This document shows, in pieces, positions 19,273-29,716 of a DNA stretch of 64,000 nt. The position numbers and the translations under genes were made by a program. Source of the stretch: Escherichia phage REP4; sequence record OQ174503.1; one strand, 5' to 3'. The notes under the pieces were generated by a model. It ran no database searches and was not told the DNA's origin. It saw nothing but the letters and a program-made list of their open reading frames with translations. Numbering within the stretch: position 1 is the first letter of the stretch; each line of letters begins with the position of its first letter.

Positions 19273-20009
19273 TTCCACTCACCGTTATAATCTTTTTTCG
19301 CAATATGAGTTTCGCCAGTTTTCCACCAATGGTCAACCAAATAAAAATGACGGGAATACACATGAAGGCTACCGACATTCCATATAATGGAACCTGCTTT
19401 ATACTGACGAGTTGAATCACCTGCATTCAAATCAGATACTAATTTATCTAGTACATATTTTTGCCATGCATAATCATTACGGAATCCGAAGACCACGTCA
19501 TTTGAACGCATGTTAACCACTGCATTAATTTTCTTATCACGAATCAGGTACTGTACTGTATTAGTACACATGAAATCCGACATGCCATCTTTATTGTAGT
19601 CAAACTGCATGGATGGACGAGTATAAATCATGATACCGCGTCGAGAATCAGGATTTTGACCAAGTTCAGCTAAACACATATCATACTGGGCATAGTTATC
19701 TTCTGACCAGATGGCCCAACCATAATTCGAGTTAATTTCGCCTTTAGAAGATGCTACCTGCTGCCAAATCTTCGGCGTTTCACCTGGAATATCTTTAACA
19801 AACAAACTTTGAGACTTATACCATTCAAGTTCACGCTGAATGTATTCATCATTAAGAGCGCCAAAAATAAAAGGTTCATCTGCTACAAATGATGCACCAA
19901 TAATTTCAATAGTTTTAACACCGGTTTTATCAATTACGAAATCTTTTTCCTTTAATGCAAGACCCAAATCAAGACGGATTTCTTCAACTGTCATATAATC
20001 GTTAATCAT
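19269..20009 (-). CDS. 42: dCMP hydroxymethylase gp42 (246 aa)
   Basis: Thymidylate-synthase-like; 246 aa; position between the glycosyltransferase locus and imm. Confidence 0.85.
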   Translation of the reverse strand: MINDYMTVEEIRLDLGLALKEKDFVIDKTGVKTIEIIGASFVADEPFIFGALNDEYIQRELEWYKSQSLFVKDIPGETPKIWQQVASSKGEINSNYGWAIWSEDNYAQYDMCLAELGQNPDSRRGIMIYTRPSMQFDYNKDGMSDFMCTNTVQYLIRDKKINAVVNMRSNDVVFGFRNDYAWQKYVLDKLVSDLNAGDSTRQYKAGSIIWNVGSLHVYSRHFYLVDHWWKTGETHIAKKDYNGEWK

Positions 20010-20162
20010 TTAAACCTCAATTGATGCATTCATATTTAATTTGTAACAGTAATAAACTCCAACCTATAATAAGTGGCGGAATCATAAGAGGAACTGTTAC
20101 GCTATAGTATATACTTATTATAATCATCAAGATTAAAAGCAATACTGCTAAAATTTTGCTTT

Positions 20163-20414
20163 TCATTCCTTCTCTCTGATGATAATTACTTGATTTTGCT
20201 GTACAGATTTTTTAGTTTCACCCGCAATTGACCAAATAAATGTAATAAACCAACCAATGATTGACCAGTTAAACAGTAAAGATGTGAAAAAGATTCCTAC
20301 TGTCGATTTTGACCCACGCATCAAGGCGATGAACCATGGAAGCATGTATATAATAATAGCCAACACGCCTGAAACTAAAACCATAAAAATTGAACCTGCT
20401 ACTAAAGTTTCCAT
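20163..20414 (-). CDS. imm: Immunity (superinfection exclusion) membrane protein Imm, 83 aa
   Basis: Two transmembrane helices, 83 aa, between 42 and 43 as in T4. Confidence 0.6.
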   Translation of the reverse strand: METLVAGSIFMVLVSGVLAIIIYMLPWFIALMRGSKSTVGIFFTSLLFNWSIIGWFITFIWSIAGETKKSVQQNQVIIIREKE

Positions 20415-20421
20415 ATTTTCC

Positions 20422-20802
20422 TCACTTAGTCAAATTTTTTACGCATGAATTATAAGAATTCACTACATACTCCATCGGAGCATTTTTACCTGTACGCCAT
20501 TGGTAATTATTAGCCCAATTAGCCCAAAGCTCAGCGCAGTAGTTTTCAATTTTTTCTTCGCGTGTAATTACATCTGAATTACGATATGCTTGAGCAGATT
20601 CATCTGGGCGAATAGCTTCGTCAAAATTCGCCTGCATCTGTTCTACTGTCTGTTTTGGAGCTTCTTTATAACACTTGACGTTAGGATTATAAAATTTGCT
20701 TGAACAGTTTACAATTTTTCCTACATCAGACTGATTTACTACCGGTCCTTGAGCTACACATCCAGTAAGACCCAATACAATAACCAAAATAGCGATTTTC
20801 AT
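20422..20802 (-). CDS. Lipoprotein (126 aa)
   Basis: Signal peptide MKIAILVIVLGLTGC with lipobox. Confidence 0.6.
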   Translation of the reverse strand: MKIAILVIVLGLTGCVAQGPVVNQSDVGKIVNCSSKFYNPNVKCYKEAPKQTVEQMQANFDEAIRPDESAQAYRNSDVITREEKIENYCAELWANWANNYQWRTGKNAPMEYVVNSYNSCVKNLTK

Positions 20803-20812
20803 AATAATTTCC

Positions 20813-21049
20813 TCAAATACAAGTAGTAATTACTCCAGTAGTGCTTACACAGGTATTACCTAATTGAACACCCAACGTTCCATTAGTATTCATATGAAGA
20901 TTATCATCAATTTTTGTTGATACTTTACCATTCATGTGAATAATAGTATTAGATTCAATCACATTCTGAGTGTCATTTTCAATATCAATAAATGGAACAG
21001 TTGCTAATGCAACTAAACACGCTGCTAAACAACCATAAACAATTTTCAT
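20813..21049 (-). CDS. Small secreted protein (78 aa from ATG at 21049)
   Basis: MKIVYGCLAACLVALATVPF signal peptide; start preceded by cassette leader. Confidence 0.55.
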   Translation of the reverse strand: MKIVYGCLAACLVALATVPFIDIENDTQNVIESNTIIHMNGKVSTKIDDNLHMNTNGTLGVQLGNTCVSTTGVITTCI

Positions 21050-21140
21050 TTTATTCTCCAAATCCGTATCAGTTGATAGTTGTATAGTACCATGGAAGAA
21101 CGGGAATGTAAACAGTTTTGTGAAAAAAATTTTTAATGAA
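21050..21140 (-). repeat. Promoter-leader cassette copy with early promoter (GTTTAC at 21108-21113, TGGTACTAT -10)
   Basis: Near-identical to 47550..47650 and 62373..62470; ends at TTGGAGAATAAA-ATG. Confidence 0.6.
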
Positions 21141-21195
21141 TTTACAGGACCTAGAATCATCTATTTTTCCTAAGTATAGATTTATATTACTTGTA

Positions 21196-21218
21196 TGAAA
21201 AAGGGACCCGGAGGTCCC
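21196..21218 (-). terminator. Intrinsic terminator downstream of gene 43
   Basis: Minus hairpin GGGACC-UCCG-GGUCCC followed by UUUUU. Confidence 0.7.
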
Positions 21219-21231
21219 TAGATTTATTCTA

Positions 21232-23928
21232 TCAGCCAAACAGGAAGTCTAACGAAGCTTTTTCTTCATAGTCCATACCCGCCGATTCACACATACCCGC
21301 AAGCGGTTTAACAAACGATTTTTGGAACAAAGTTGAGTAGTCAATCCAAGATAGTACGTCAGAACGAATTTCTTTTGGAAGTTCCGTACCCGATGGCCAA
21401 GCAATGCACTTGTCACCAAATGGATTTCCTTCACGTAATGGAAGAACCATTACCTTATTTCCATCCAAAATTGGAGCTACACCTAAACCACTAACAGCTC
21501 GACGATAAGTTAACACACCACGAATATGGAACGGGCATTTAAATCCTGGCCAACCTTTATCGTCATATTTCGCTATATCGTTCGCGGTTTTTACTTCAGC
21601 AATAACTTTATAGTCAAGTTGACGATATTCTTTCTCAAAGTTCTTGTAGTATTCTTGGACAGACTCTTCGCCTTCCTGAAGAATACGACGAATACTTTCT
21701 TCGAGAGCTTCTTGTACTGCTTTTGGTGTTGAACTCTGCTGAGTTTCCATACCCATGATTTTTAGATGTGGTTCAGCAAATCGCTTATCTTCCATATCAT
21801 AAACGTTCAGAGCATAACGTTTTTTCGCTTTCCAAAATCCACCAACACCCTTTGAACCAAGTGGAGGGCAAGAAATAGCTTCACGGTCCATATGCATCAG
21901 ATGCTCGCGATTATTCATATAATCACATAACTCACGATATGCAACATCAATCATAGGTTCCATCTTTTTCTTACCAAACTGATTCATGAATTCAACTAAA
22001 TCATTTTGTTCTTTAAAGCGGTCAAGACCTACTTTTTCAATTACTTTATCTACACAAACATATACCGAATCAGTATCACCTGCTGCGATGAAATCTTCAC
22101 CATTAGTTCCACACACTTTATTTAGATACTCATTAATTTTACGAGCAATCCACTGAATACCAACTTGACCGAAAATTGTGATAGCAGTAGCATTTCGCAA
22201 ATCATAGTAACGGAAATGAATATTACCAAGAGCACCATAAAGACTGTTAATAAGAATTTTACGGTTCAGCTGATTTGTGTTAGCAAGTGTAGCTGCTTTT
22301 TCACATTCTTCGATCAGACTATTGAGAACAGATTCGGTGTAATTTGATAGTTCATTTAAGAAATCATCACTGAACTTAACATATCGTTCAACTTCTGGTT
22401 TAGTTGAGCAAGACCCTGCACCTTTCATAATAATCTTTTTAATAGCTTCGGCATTCATTTCTTCAGCGAACATTTTCTTTTTCCAATCTTTACGCTGGAA
22501 AAATACTTTAGCGATTTCCTTTGGAATGATACCTTCTTGGTGCTTATCATACATCCATCCATTCGGAGAGCAAGAATATTCATCACTTGGCTTAGGAGCT
22601 GTTCCTGCGATATATTCATGAATTGGATGAACTTTAAACTGCCCACGAATAGTCTCAGGACTAATGTTAACCTGACGAATAATGCTAGGATACAGAGACG
22701 TCAAGTCAAAACTCATAATGTATCGACGAGCAATCGGTTTAGGTTCAAACACAAATGCACCTGGAAAACTCTGTTTAACGTGCGAACCTTGTTGAGGAAT
22801 AACCTTATGTTCACCTTTCAGTGAGTTAAAAATAATAGCATCCCAAGTTTTAATAGGACTCATTACACCAGAAAAAGGCATTTTAGCATAATAAGACATA
22901 CTTAAAACTAGATCGATAAACCCACGAATTTTATCAATTGCTTGAACTGATTCTACGTCAATGATGTTATAACTAATGTATCGTTGATGATTAGTCTCAC
23001 GAAGTTTATTAATAGGACCATCGTACGGCAATTTACCTTTTTTGGTTTCGTGCTGAGCAACTGATTCCAAAGAGAATGATGGCAAATTAGTAAATGCGAA
23101 TTTTTTGTACAAATCTAAATAATCAAGAATAGATACGCCATCAATCGAATAAATTTCTTTGCTACCGTACATATTTTGAATTAGTTTAGATTTTACTCGA
23201 CCGATTGGAGAGAAGCGTTTCATACTACGTTCACCGAGAACCATTTTAACACGGTTCATGATATACGGAACGTCAAATCCCTCAATATTCCAACCGGTAA
23301 AAATAGCAGGTCGTTTCTGTTCCCAGAGATTAATATATTCCATGAGCATATCACGCTCATTATCAAATGGCATATAAATTACTCGGTCAAGAATTTCTTG
23401 AGGAACTTCATCACCACCTTCACAGTCAAGTTTAGCAGCTAACTTTGCATCCCATTTTGATACTGAACCGTACATTGAATTCAACAAATCAAAGACGTAA
23501 AAACGGTCGTCAATTGAATCATAATGAGTGATAGCATCAATTTCATATTCTGCTTTCATTGGGTCAGGAAATTTATCACCAGTAACCTCAATGTCACAGT
23601 TAGCTACACGAACAAATTTTCGGTCATAAACAATTTCTGAACCATATGTATCACTGATATAAGCGAGTTTAAAATCGTTCATACCGAGAGCTTCGAGACC
23701 GATGTCTTCCATTCGTTTCATCCAATCTCGTGCATCTTTCATTGATGGAAATTTTTGAGGAGCACAGTTTTTACCATAAATGTCTTTGTATTTTGACTCT
23801 TCCTTACAGTGCCTAAACATAGTCGGAAGATATTCTACTTCACGGGTACGTTCCTTTCCGTTTTCATCAATGTAACGCTCAACAATGTTATTTCCGACTG
23901 TTTCGATAGAGATATAAAATTCTTTCAT
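21232..23928 (-). CDS. 43: DNA polymerase gp43 (family B), 898 aa
   Basis: 898 aa; exonuclease and polymerase motifs including YGDTDS; T4-like. Confidence 0.95.
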   Translation of the reverse strand: MKEFYISIETVGNNIVERYIDENGKERTREVEYLPTMFRHCKEESKYKDIYGKNCAPQKFPSMKDARDWMKRMEDIGLEALGMNDFKLAYISDTYGSEIVYDRKFVRVANCDIEVTGDKFPDPMKAEYEIDAITHYDSIDDRFYVFDLLNSMYGSVSKWDAKLAAKLDCEGGDEVPQEILDRVIYMPFDNERDMLMEYINLWEQKRPAIFTGWNIEGFDVPYIMNRVKMVLGERSMKRFSPIGRVKSKLIQNMYGSKEIYSIDGVSILDYLDLYKKFAFTNLPSFSLESVAQHETKKGKLPYDGPINKLRETNHQRYISYNIIDVESVQAIDKIRGFIDLVLSMSYYAKMPFSGVMSPIKTWDAIIFNSLKGEHKVIPQQGSHVKQSFPGAFVFEPKPIARRYIMSFDLTSLYPSIIRQVNISPETIRGQFKVHPIHEYIAGTAPKPSDEYSCSPNGWMYDKHQEGIIPKEIAKVFFQRKDWKKKMFAEEMNAEAIKKIIMKGAGSCSTKPEVERYVKFSDDFLNELSNYTESVLNSLIEECEKAATLANTNQLNRKILINSLYGALGNIHFRYYDLRNATAITIFGQVGIQWIARKINEYLNKVCGTNGEDFIAAGDTDSVYVCVDKVIEKVGLDRFKEQNDLVEFMNQFGKKKMEPMIDVAYRELCDYMNNREHLMHMDREAISCPPLGSKGVGGFWKAKKRYALNVYDMEDKRFAEPHLKIMGMETQQSSTPKAVQEALEESIRRILQEGEESVQEYYKNFEKEYRQLDYKVIAEVKTANDIAKYDDKGWPGFKCPFHIRGVLTYRRAVSGLGVAPILDGNKVMVLPLREGNPFGDKCIAWPSGTELPKEIRSDVLSWIDYSTLFQKSFVKPLAGMCESAGMDYEEKASLDFLFG

Positions 23929-23966
23929 AGATATTCCTTAGTTTATAGCCCGAGTTATTAGGCTCT
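23929..23966 (-). promoter_or_regulatory. Gene 43 5' leader with putative translational operator hairpin
   Basis: Minus RNA GAGCCUAAUAACUCGGGCU directly upstream of the AGGAA Shine-Dalgarno; resembles recalled gp43 autoregulatory operator. Confidence 0.4.
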
Positions 23967-23986
23967 TGATATATTATACTCCAAAT

Positions 23987-24004
23987 AAGGGGCCGAAGCC
24001 CCTT
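23987..24004 (-). terminator. UUCG-tetraloop hairpin upstream of gene 43 (weak U-tract)
   Basis: Minus AAGGGGC-UUCG-GCCCCUU. Confidence 0.4.
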
Positions 24005-24008
24005 TGCT

Positions 24009-24266
24009 TTAAATTTCTATTGTACGACGCGATATAACGGACTTGCCATCTTTATTTGTGGTTTTGATAATCGCATGAAATGCGAGCTGGTGCGGGTAAA
24101 CTAATCGTTGGAATTCTTTTTGGAATTCTATTTGTTTATCTTCCGGGAGGTCAAAAACCAGTTGGGTAGAAGACAGACCATATGTATGTTTTAGATTTTC
24201 GAATATTAGAAAAGCTTCGGTAAACTGAATCTCTGATTGCGTCATATAATTTGCCTTAATTACCAA
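24009..24266 (-). CDS. Hypothetical protein (85 aa; may start at internal Met)
   Basis: ORF track. Confidence 0.5.
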   Translation of the reverse strand: MVIKANYMTQSEIQFTEAFLIFENLKHTYGLSSTQLVFDLPEDKQIEFQKEFQRLVYPHQLAFHAIIKTTNKDGKSVISRRTIEI

Positions 24267-24624
24267 TCGTATATTTAGGAACGAGTTTCCATTCGTGTTT
24301 TTGTTTAAAAGAAATAACTCGGAAGTTATTGGTTAAATCTTTCATAAAAGTTCTTTGACCAGGAACGATTTCAATCAGCCCCCAATCTTCTAACAGCCAC
24401 GCAATCGAATCACGACGAACTTCATCTTCTTCTGTCATTTCAACCTGACGGCCATCCATACGAAGCATTTCTTTAAAATGAACGATATAGTATAGTCCTT
24501 TTTTCTGGAGAATGTGGCAGGACTGATACAGAACTTTATCTTTATTATTAGCAATTCCCATACGAGTCAAAGTTTCTTTTACTTTCAGAAAATCTTCAGG
24601 TTTTTTAAGAGTAATTTCAATCAT
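24256..24624 (-). CDS. regA: Translational repressor RegA (122 aa)
   Basis: 122 aa, upstream of 43 and downstream of 62 as in T4. Confidence 0.85.
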   Translation of the reverse strand: MIEITLKKPEDFLKVKETLTRMGIANNKDKVLYQSCHILQKKGLYYIVHFKEMLRMDGRQVEMTEEDEVRRDSIAWLLEDWGLIEIVPGQRTFMKDLTNNFRVISFKQKHEWKLVPKYTIGN

Positions 24625-24625
24625 T

Positions 24626-25189
24626 TTACCATTCCAATGCTAGTTTTTTGAGTTGTTTCTGTTCTTTTACATTCTTAGTCACTTCTTTTAAAAAATCATC
24701 CGTGACTAAACCTTTTAGTTCTTTTAATACTAAAGGAAGTTTTCCATTTTTAGTAAGAATTGATTTATAGTTAATTGCATCATTTGTATTAACTTGATAC
24801 CGCTTAGCAAGTAACTTAATAATCAATACTTCAGTAGAATCTTCGACCAGTTTTGCCCATTTACCATATCTTTTACCCCGAGGAACAGCAGCCATCAGGT
24901 AATTAAAATGGGCTTCATCGCTTAAACCTGATCCAATTAAATTCATAGCATATACAGCTGGCATGCATTCAGGAAATTGTGATAATGCATTCTCAACCAT
25001 GTATTTTGAATAATCTTTTTGAGCAATAGAACATTTAGTTTTATTATTAATAGCTCCAATTATTTCAAAAAACTCATTTTCAGCTTTTTCTTTAAAAGAA
25101 TCAGCAGCAGATTGGACAGCTGTCCAATCTTTTGAATACCAAGCAACTTGATGCTCGTTTAATTGAATATCATCTTCAAATAAGCTCAT
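24626..25189 (-). CDS. 62: Clamp loader small subunit gp62 (187 aa from ATG at 25189)
   Basis: Track start is GTG; ATG at 25189 gives 187 aa; overlaps gp44 stop. Confidence 0.85.
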   Translation of the reverse strand: MSLFEDDIQLNEHQVAWYSKDWTAVQSAADSFKEKAENEFFEIIGAINNKTKCSIAQKDYSKYMVENALSQFPECMPAVYAMNLIGSGLSDEAHFNYLMAAVPRGKRYGKWAKLVEDSTEVLIIKLLAKRYQVNTNDAINYKSILTKNGKLPLVLKELKGLVTDDFLKEVTKNVKEQKQLKKLALEW

Positions 25190-25190
25190 A

Positions 25191-26150
25191 TCACTTCCAC
25201 TGCATTTCACATGCCAATTGAATGAAAAGATATGCTAAATGTAATTCAGTATTAGCCGCAATTCCATGATACTGGTTATTTTCACCAACAATTTCATACA
25301 TACGAATAATACTTTGCGGAGTTACGCGTGTATAGATTTCTTCAGCAAGTTTACCAACGAACCACGAATAATCAGCCGCATATTTTGGTGCTAAAGCTCT
25401 GAGTTGTTTAACATCTTTATTTTTGAGAGACTCAAGAACATCATCAATAGCACCACGATCGTTAGTAACCAGTGATAAAATACCAGCATCCAAAACACCT
25501 TTAGATGAATAACTATCGAGCTCACCAATAGTTTTACGAAAATCAGGAAAATTCTTTTTAACCAAAGCTGCTACAACTTTCATATCAGCTATAGCAATTC
25601 CTTCATGCTTACAGATTTCAGTCAATCGACGAATCATCTGCTTCATCATTTCAATTTTATCTTCATCGGTCGGTTGACCGAACGTAATAACTCGACAGCG
25701 TGACTGAAGTGGTTTAATAATACCATCAATATTGTTAGCAGTAATAATAATACTACAGTTTGAACTATAAGCTTCCATAAAGGAACGAAGATGTCGCTGA
25801 GACTCTGCTAATCCTGAACGGTCAAATTCATCAATAACGATTACTTTTTGACGACCATCAAATGAAGCTGCACTGGCAAAATTAGTCAAAGGACCACGAA
25901 CGAAATCAATTTTACAATCTGATCCATTCACAAACATCATATCAGCATTTACATCATGACACAATGCTTTTGCTACAGTTGTTTTACCTGTTCCTGGAGA
26001 AGGAGAATGAAGAATAATATGTGGAATCTTACCTTTACTTGTAATAGATTTAAAGGTTTCTTTATCAAAGGCGGGAAGAATACATTCATCGATAGTAGAT
26101 GGACGATATTTCTGTTCAAGAATGTGTTCTTTTTCATTTACAGTAATCAT
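25191..26150 (-). CDS. 44: Clamp loader ATPase gp44 (AAA+), 319 aa from ATG at 26150
   Basis: Walker [15 protein letters not shown] Walker B, SRC motif; GAGGAAA Shine-Dalgarno. Confidence 0.9.
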   Translation of the reverse strand: MITVNEKEHILEQKYRPSTIDECILPAFDKETFKSITSKGKIPHIILHSPSPGTGKTTVAKALCHDVNADMMFVNGSDCKIDFVRGPLTNFASAASFDGRQKVIVIDEFDRSGLAESQRHLRSFMEAYSSNCSIIITANNIDGIIKPLQSRCRVITFGQPTDEDKIEMMKQMIRRLTEICKHEGIAIADMKVVAALVKKNFPDFRKTIGELDSYSSKGVLDAGILSLVTNDRGAIDDVLESLKNKDVKQLRALAPKYAADYSWFVGKLAEEIYTRVTPQSIIRMYEIVGENNQYHGIAANTELHLAYLFIQLACEMQWK

Positions 26151-26184
26151 AATTTCCTCATTCAAGTTTTAGTGTAAATTATAA

Positions 26185-26198
26185 AGGGCCGAAGCCCT
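26185..26198 (-). terminator. Intercistronic UUCG hairpin between genes 45 and 44
   Basis: Minus GGGC-UUCG-GCCC followed by U-rich run. Confidence 0.5.
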
Positions 26199-26201
26199 CT
26201 A

Positions 26202-26888
26202 TTAAAAGTCGTGGGTAGAATCAGCTTCAAGAGCTACTACATAATTCGCGTGTTCACCTTCAAATTTAGCAGCGCCTTGTTTACCTTTTGCCCAGAGCAG
26301 AAGTTTATAATTTCCTGGTTGCATTTTCATATTTGCCATATTGATAATGAAATTAAATGTATTTTCACCATCATAATCACCAAGAGTCAAAGAATATTTA
26401 ACACGAGTCAAAGCAGAATCTTCTACTTTATTAAAACCGTTAATTACGATTTTACCTTCTTTTACTGTGATAGCAATTGTATCAATCTGCAGACCGCGAG
26501 ATACACGCAACAGCTGTTGAAGGTCTTCAGCTTTAATTTCGGTAACAACAGATGCTACCGGGAATGGAATTGGTTTATTAGGAGCAACTACTGTACTCGG
26601 ATCGGCTGCTGGCCAAAAAATTGTTGAACGAGCATCAGCAATTTTAATATTTCCATCTTCTGACTGGGAAATTTCTGCATCGTCATTAACTAGGGACAGA
26701 ATACCGAGAAAACCGTTCAAATCGTAAATTGCTACATCAAAATCAATAGTGTCAGAAATATTTGCTTCCGCATAAGTTGTACCATTAACTGCGCGAGTCA
26801 TAATAAATTGACCGGATTTAAGCATAATACCAGAGTTAATAGTAGCGAAATTTTTAAGCAGAGCAGTAGTATCTTTAGACAGTTTCAT
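26202..26888 (-). CDS. 45: Sliding clamp gp45 (228 aa)
   Basis: 228 aa; position in the 45-44-62 cluster. Confidence 0.9.
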   Translation of the reverse strand: MKLSKDTTALLKNFATINSGIMLKSGQFIMTRAVNGTTYAEANISDTIDFDVAIYDLNGFLGILSLVNDDAEISQSEDGNIKIADARSTIFWPAADPSTVVAPNKPIPFPVASVVTEIKAEDLQQLLRVSRGLQIDTIAITVKEGKIVINGFNKVEDSALTRVKYSLTLGDYDGENTFNFIINMANMKMQPGNYKLLLWAKGKQGAAKFEGEHANYVVALEADSTHDF

Positions 26889-26917
26889 GTAATTTCCTTC
26901 AATTCAAATGAGATTTA

Positions 26918-26943
26918 ATTTTATAACTAATTTAATAAAGCAA
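26918..26943 (-). promoter_or_regulatory. T4 middle promoter: MotA box TTGCTTTA plus -10 TAAAAT (minus)
   Basis: Plus taaagcaa at 26936-26943; ~12-nt gap to -10; just upstream of gene 45. Confidence 0.45.
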
Positions 26944-27333
26944 TTAACGATTAAAATCAGCAGCAATTGTTTCCGCAACAATTTGAGCAGCAACAATTAG
27001 ACGTTCATCTGCATTACCGCAATAACCATCTTCAAGGCGTTCACCACATGAAGTCATAATAAATTTAGCGCCAGCATTTAGAGATTCTGCCGTATGTTTG
27101 CGCATCAGTTCAATCCATTTATCACTCACTTCACGATCGATAGCTTCATAATACGCATGACGAGCAGGTGCAGATTTAATTTTGTTCTGAATAACTTCCA
27201 TTGCGTTATCAGAAAGAGACAAAACCCATGCTCGACGAATTTTATTTTGGTTTTGCGGATTTGATTCAGAACGCACGTGTTTTGGCTGAATATCTTTTAC
27301 ATCAACAGTATAATTCACAGTAATTTTAGTCAT
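26944..27333 (-). CDS. rpbA: RNA polymerase-binding protein RpbA (129 aa)
   Basis: Size and position between 45 and 46 as in T4. Confidence 0.7.
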   Translation of the reverse strand: MTKITVNYTVDVKDIQPKHVRSESNPQNQNKIRRAWVLSLSDNAMEVIQNKIKSAPARHAYYEAIDREVSDKWIELMRKHTAESLNAGAKFIMTSCGERLEDGYCGNADERLIVAAQIVAETIAADFNR

Positions 27334-27342
27334 AATACACCT

Positions 27343-27531
27343 TTAGTCATAATAATCAGTAACAGTCCAAGCTTCATTTCTGTTGGACATTATTTTCGTA
27401 TATTCTGATTTAAATGCATTCTTAAGCATAGATTCAGTAACTATATGCTCTTCATTAGAAAAATTATTTCTCAGAATATATCGTTTTATTTCAGGAATAG
27501 TTAATAGATGCTGTCCAGTTGAATATTCCAT
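27343..27531 (-). CDS. Hypothetical protein (62 aa)
   Basis: ORF track. Confidence 0.5.
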   Translation of the reverse strand: MEYSTGQHLLTIPEIKRYILRNNFSNEEHIVTESMLKNAFKSEYTKIMSNRNEAWTVTDYYD

Positions 27532-27586
27532 GTTTTTCCTCCATAGAGATTATACTCTAATAAATTAAAGCATAATCTCTTATAAA

Positions 27587-29269
27587 TTAAACCATTACAG
27601 TAAATCGACCAACTTTCTTCATTTGAAGATGCTGACCATATGCTTGTGGGTCATGGTCTCTATGTGAAATAACAAAAACATTAGTATTTTTTAAACTATC
27701 TAAAATAGTTGAAATAGCTTTTACACCTTCAACATCGGTTGCTGAATCAAAAACTTCATCAAGAATTAGTGTGTTTATTTTAACACCTGAAACTTTTTCA
27801 GCAATATCACGCCAAGTAAATAAAAGAGCAATATCAATTCGTGCTTTTTCACCTTGACTAAATGAAGCATAACTAAAATCTTCACGACCACGGGATTTAA
27901 TTGTCTCATTAAATTCTTCATCTAATGTAAACACATAATCCGCTTCCATTATTTTAAGATAATGGTTAATCTGCTTATTAAATAATGGAATGTACTTTTT
28001 AATAATAGCACCTTTAATACCAGAATCTTTGAGCATATCAGTCAAAATTCCTCTATGGTATTTTTCCATTACTAAATTAGTTTTTGTCTTAACAATTTTA
28101 TCAAGTTCTTCTTGAAGCAGTGCTATTTCATCAGCATGGTCAATAAACTCGGATGATGCTTTTTCTATAGCTGCTTTAACTTTTTTAGCTTTATCTACCG
28201 TCGTGATTAGAGATTGCTTTTTATTGCGAATATCATTTGCCAACGTCTGCTGGGTTTTAATATTATCTCGGTATTCATCAACAAGAACTTTTAAATTATC
28301 ACGATGTGTTGAAAGCTGTTCAAATGAATGCGTGCATTCAGAAACTTTATCTTTAATTTTAGAAACAACTTTATCACCGGAACTTAATTGTGACAAACAG
28401 GTTGGACATAATCCACCTTCGTGATACATATTAATAACTTTATTATACGAGTCAATTTTTGATTTAATTAAAAATGCTTCTTGACCGATTTTATTAAATG
28501 CATCAGTCGGGTCTTCATCCAAAACAATATTAACTAATCTTTCATTAGCTTCTTCTATTTCCGATTTTAGCGTTCTAGCTTCTTTTGCTAAATCATCATA
28601 CATATTCTGTAGACGAGTAAGGTTATCACCAGTTAATTTTTTCTGGCGTTCAACGTTATCATTATATATTTTAATTTGCTGGATAATACTATCTTTTTTA
28701 ACATCAAGCACTTGGTTTTGTGAATTTAATTCACGTATTAGTGCTTTATTAAGCTTATCCATTTCAGCTAATGTTCCTACCTCAAGCAGGTCTTCCACAA
28801 GCTTTCTTCGCGCAGGGGTCGACAAACCCATGAAAGGGGTATACCCTGCTGTACCAAGGACAACAATCTGCTTGAAACTGGCATATGACATTCCGATAAG
28901 CTGTTCAAATTCTGCTTGGAAATCTTTACTGCTGGCAGATTCATTAAGACGTGTACCGTTAACGGTGATTTCAAAAACATTCGGTTTTTGTCCTCTTTTG
29001 ATATAGTACTTTTTCTCGTCATATTCCATCCACAGTTCAACTAAAAGTTCTTTCTTATTTGTACTGTTTATTAATTGGCCTTTCTTTACATCACGGAATG
29101 GCTTGCCAAAAAGCCCAAATGTGATGGCTTCTAACATAGTAGACTTACCACCACCATTTCGTCCAGTAATAAGAGTTTTTTGAACCTTATCTAATTGAAT
29201 GTCAATAGGATTTCCACCTACTGACATTATATTTTGATACCTAACTCGGTTTAGTTTAAAATTCTTCAC
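27587..29269 (-). CDS. 46: Recombination nuclease subunit gp46 (Rad50/SbcC-like ATPase), 560 aa
   Basis: Walker A GRNGGGKST, coiled-coil middle with CPTC zinc hook, C-terminal LILDEVF. Confidence 0.9.
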   Translation of the reverse strand: MKNFKLNRVRYQNIMSVGGNPIDIQLDKVQKTLITGRNGGGKSTMLEAITFGLFGKPFRDVKKGQLINSTNKKELLVELWMEYDEKKYYIKRGQKPNVFEITVNGTRLNESASSKDFQAEFEQLIGMSYASFKQIVVLGTAGYTPFMGLSTPARRKLVEDLLEVGTLAEMDKLNKALIRELNSQNQVLDVKKDSIIQQIKIYNDNVERQKKLTGDNLTRLQNMYDDLAKEARTLKSEIEEANERLVNIVLDEDPTDAFNKIGQEAFLIKSKIDSYNKVINMYHEGGLCPTCLSQLSSGDKVVSKIKDKVSECTHSFEQLSTHRDNLKVLVDEYRDNIKTQQTLANDIRNKKQSLITTVDKAKKVKAAIEKASSEFIDHADEIALLQEELDKIVKTKTNLVMEKYHRGILTDMLKDSGIKGAIIKKYIPLFNKQINHYLKIMEADYVFTLDEEFNETIKSRGREDFSYASFSQGEKARIDIALLFTWRDIAEKVSGVKINTLILDEVFDSATDVEGVKAISTILDSLKNTNVFVISHRDHDPQAYGQHLQMKKVGRFTVMV

Positions 29270-29529
29270 AAAAGATTCCTTTTAATGTATCTTTTAGACC
29301 ATTCTATCATATCATCATAATCTAAAAAGTATTCATCAAATTCAGCCATGCAAACAACACCTTGTGCTGCTTTTGATGTGATATAAATTATTCCAACATA
29401 TCTAGAATCTTCTTCGGTGTAATCAATATTTGCTATGAATTCATCGTTAATGTCAAATGTCGAAAACTTCACAGTATGCATCCTTAATACAAGATACAGC
29501 CATATCTTGTAATGATTTAGGTGTGTCAT
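29266..29529 (-). CDS. Hypothetical protein (87 aa)
   Basis: ORF track; overlaps next ORF in another frame. Confidence 0.4.
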   Translation of the reverse strand: MTHLNHYKIWLYLVLRMHTVKFSTFDINDEFIANIDYTEEDSRYVGIIYITSKAAQGVVCMAEFDEYFLDYDDMIEWSKRYIKRNLL

Positions 29530-29716
29530 TATCTAAAATGTTGAAGTTAAAAGATACAGCCCAGTCAGTGCAGACCGTAACCTTTTTAATACAATTATCT
29601 TCAACCTCTAGCGGTTCAAACCAATATTCAATAATTTCTTTATGCCCAATATCATCTTTTACTTCGCATTCAAAATGCTGACTCATCATAACATTTTTAA
29701 ATTCATCAAAAGTCAT
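29453..29716 (-). CDS. Hypothetical protein (87 aa)
   Basis: ORF track. Confidence 0.45.
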   Translation of the reverse strand: MTFDEFKNVMMSQHFECEVKDDIGHKEIIEYWFEPLEVEDNCIKKVTVCTDWAVSFNFNILDNDTPKSLQDMAVSCIKDAYCEVFDI

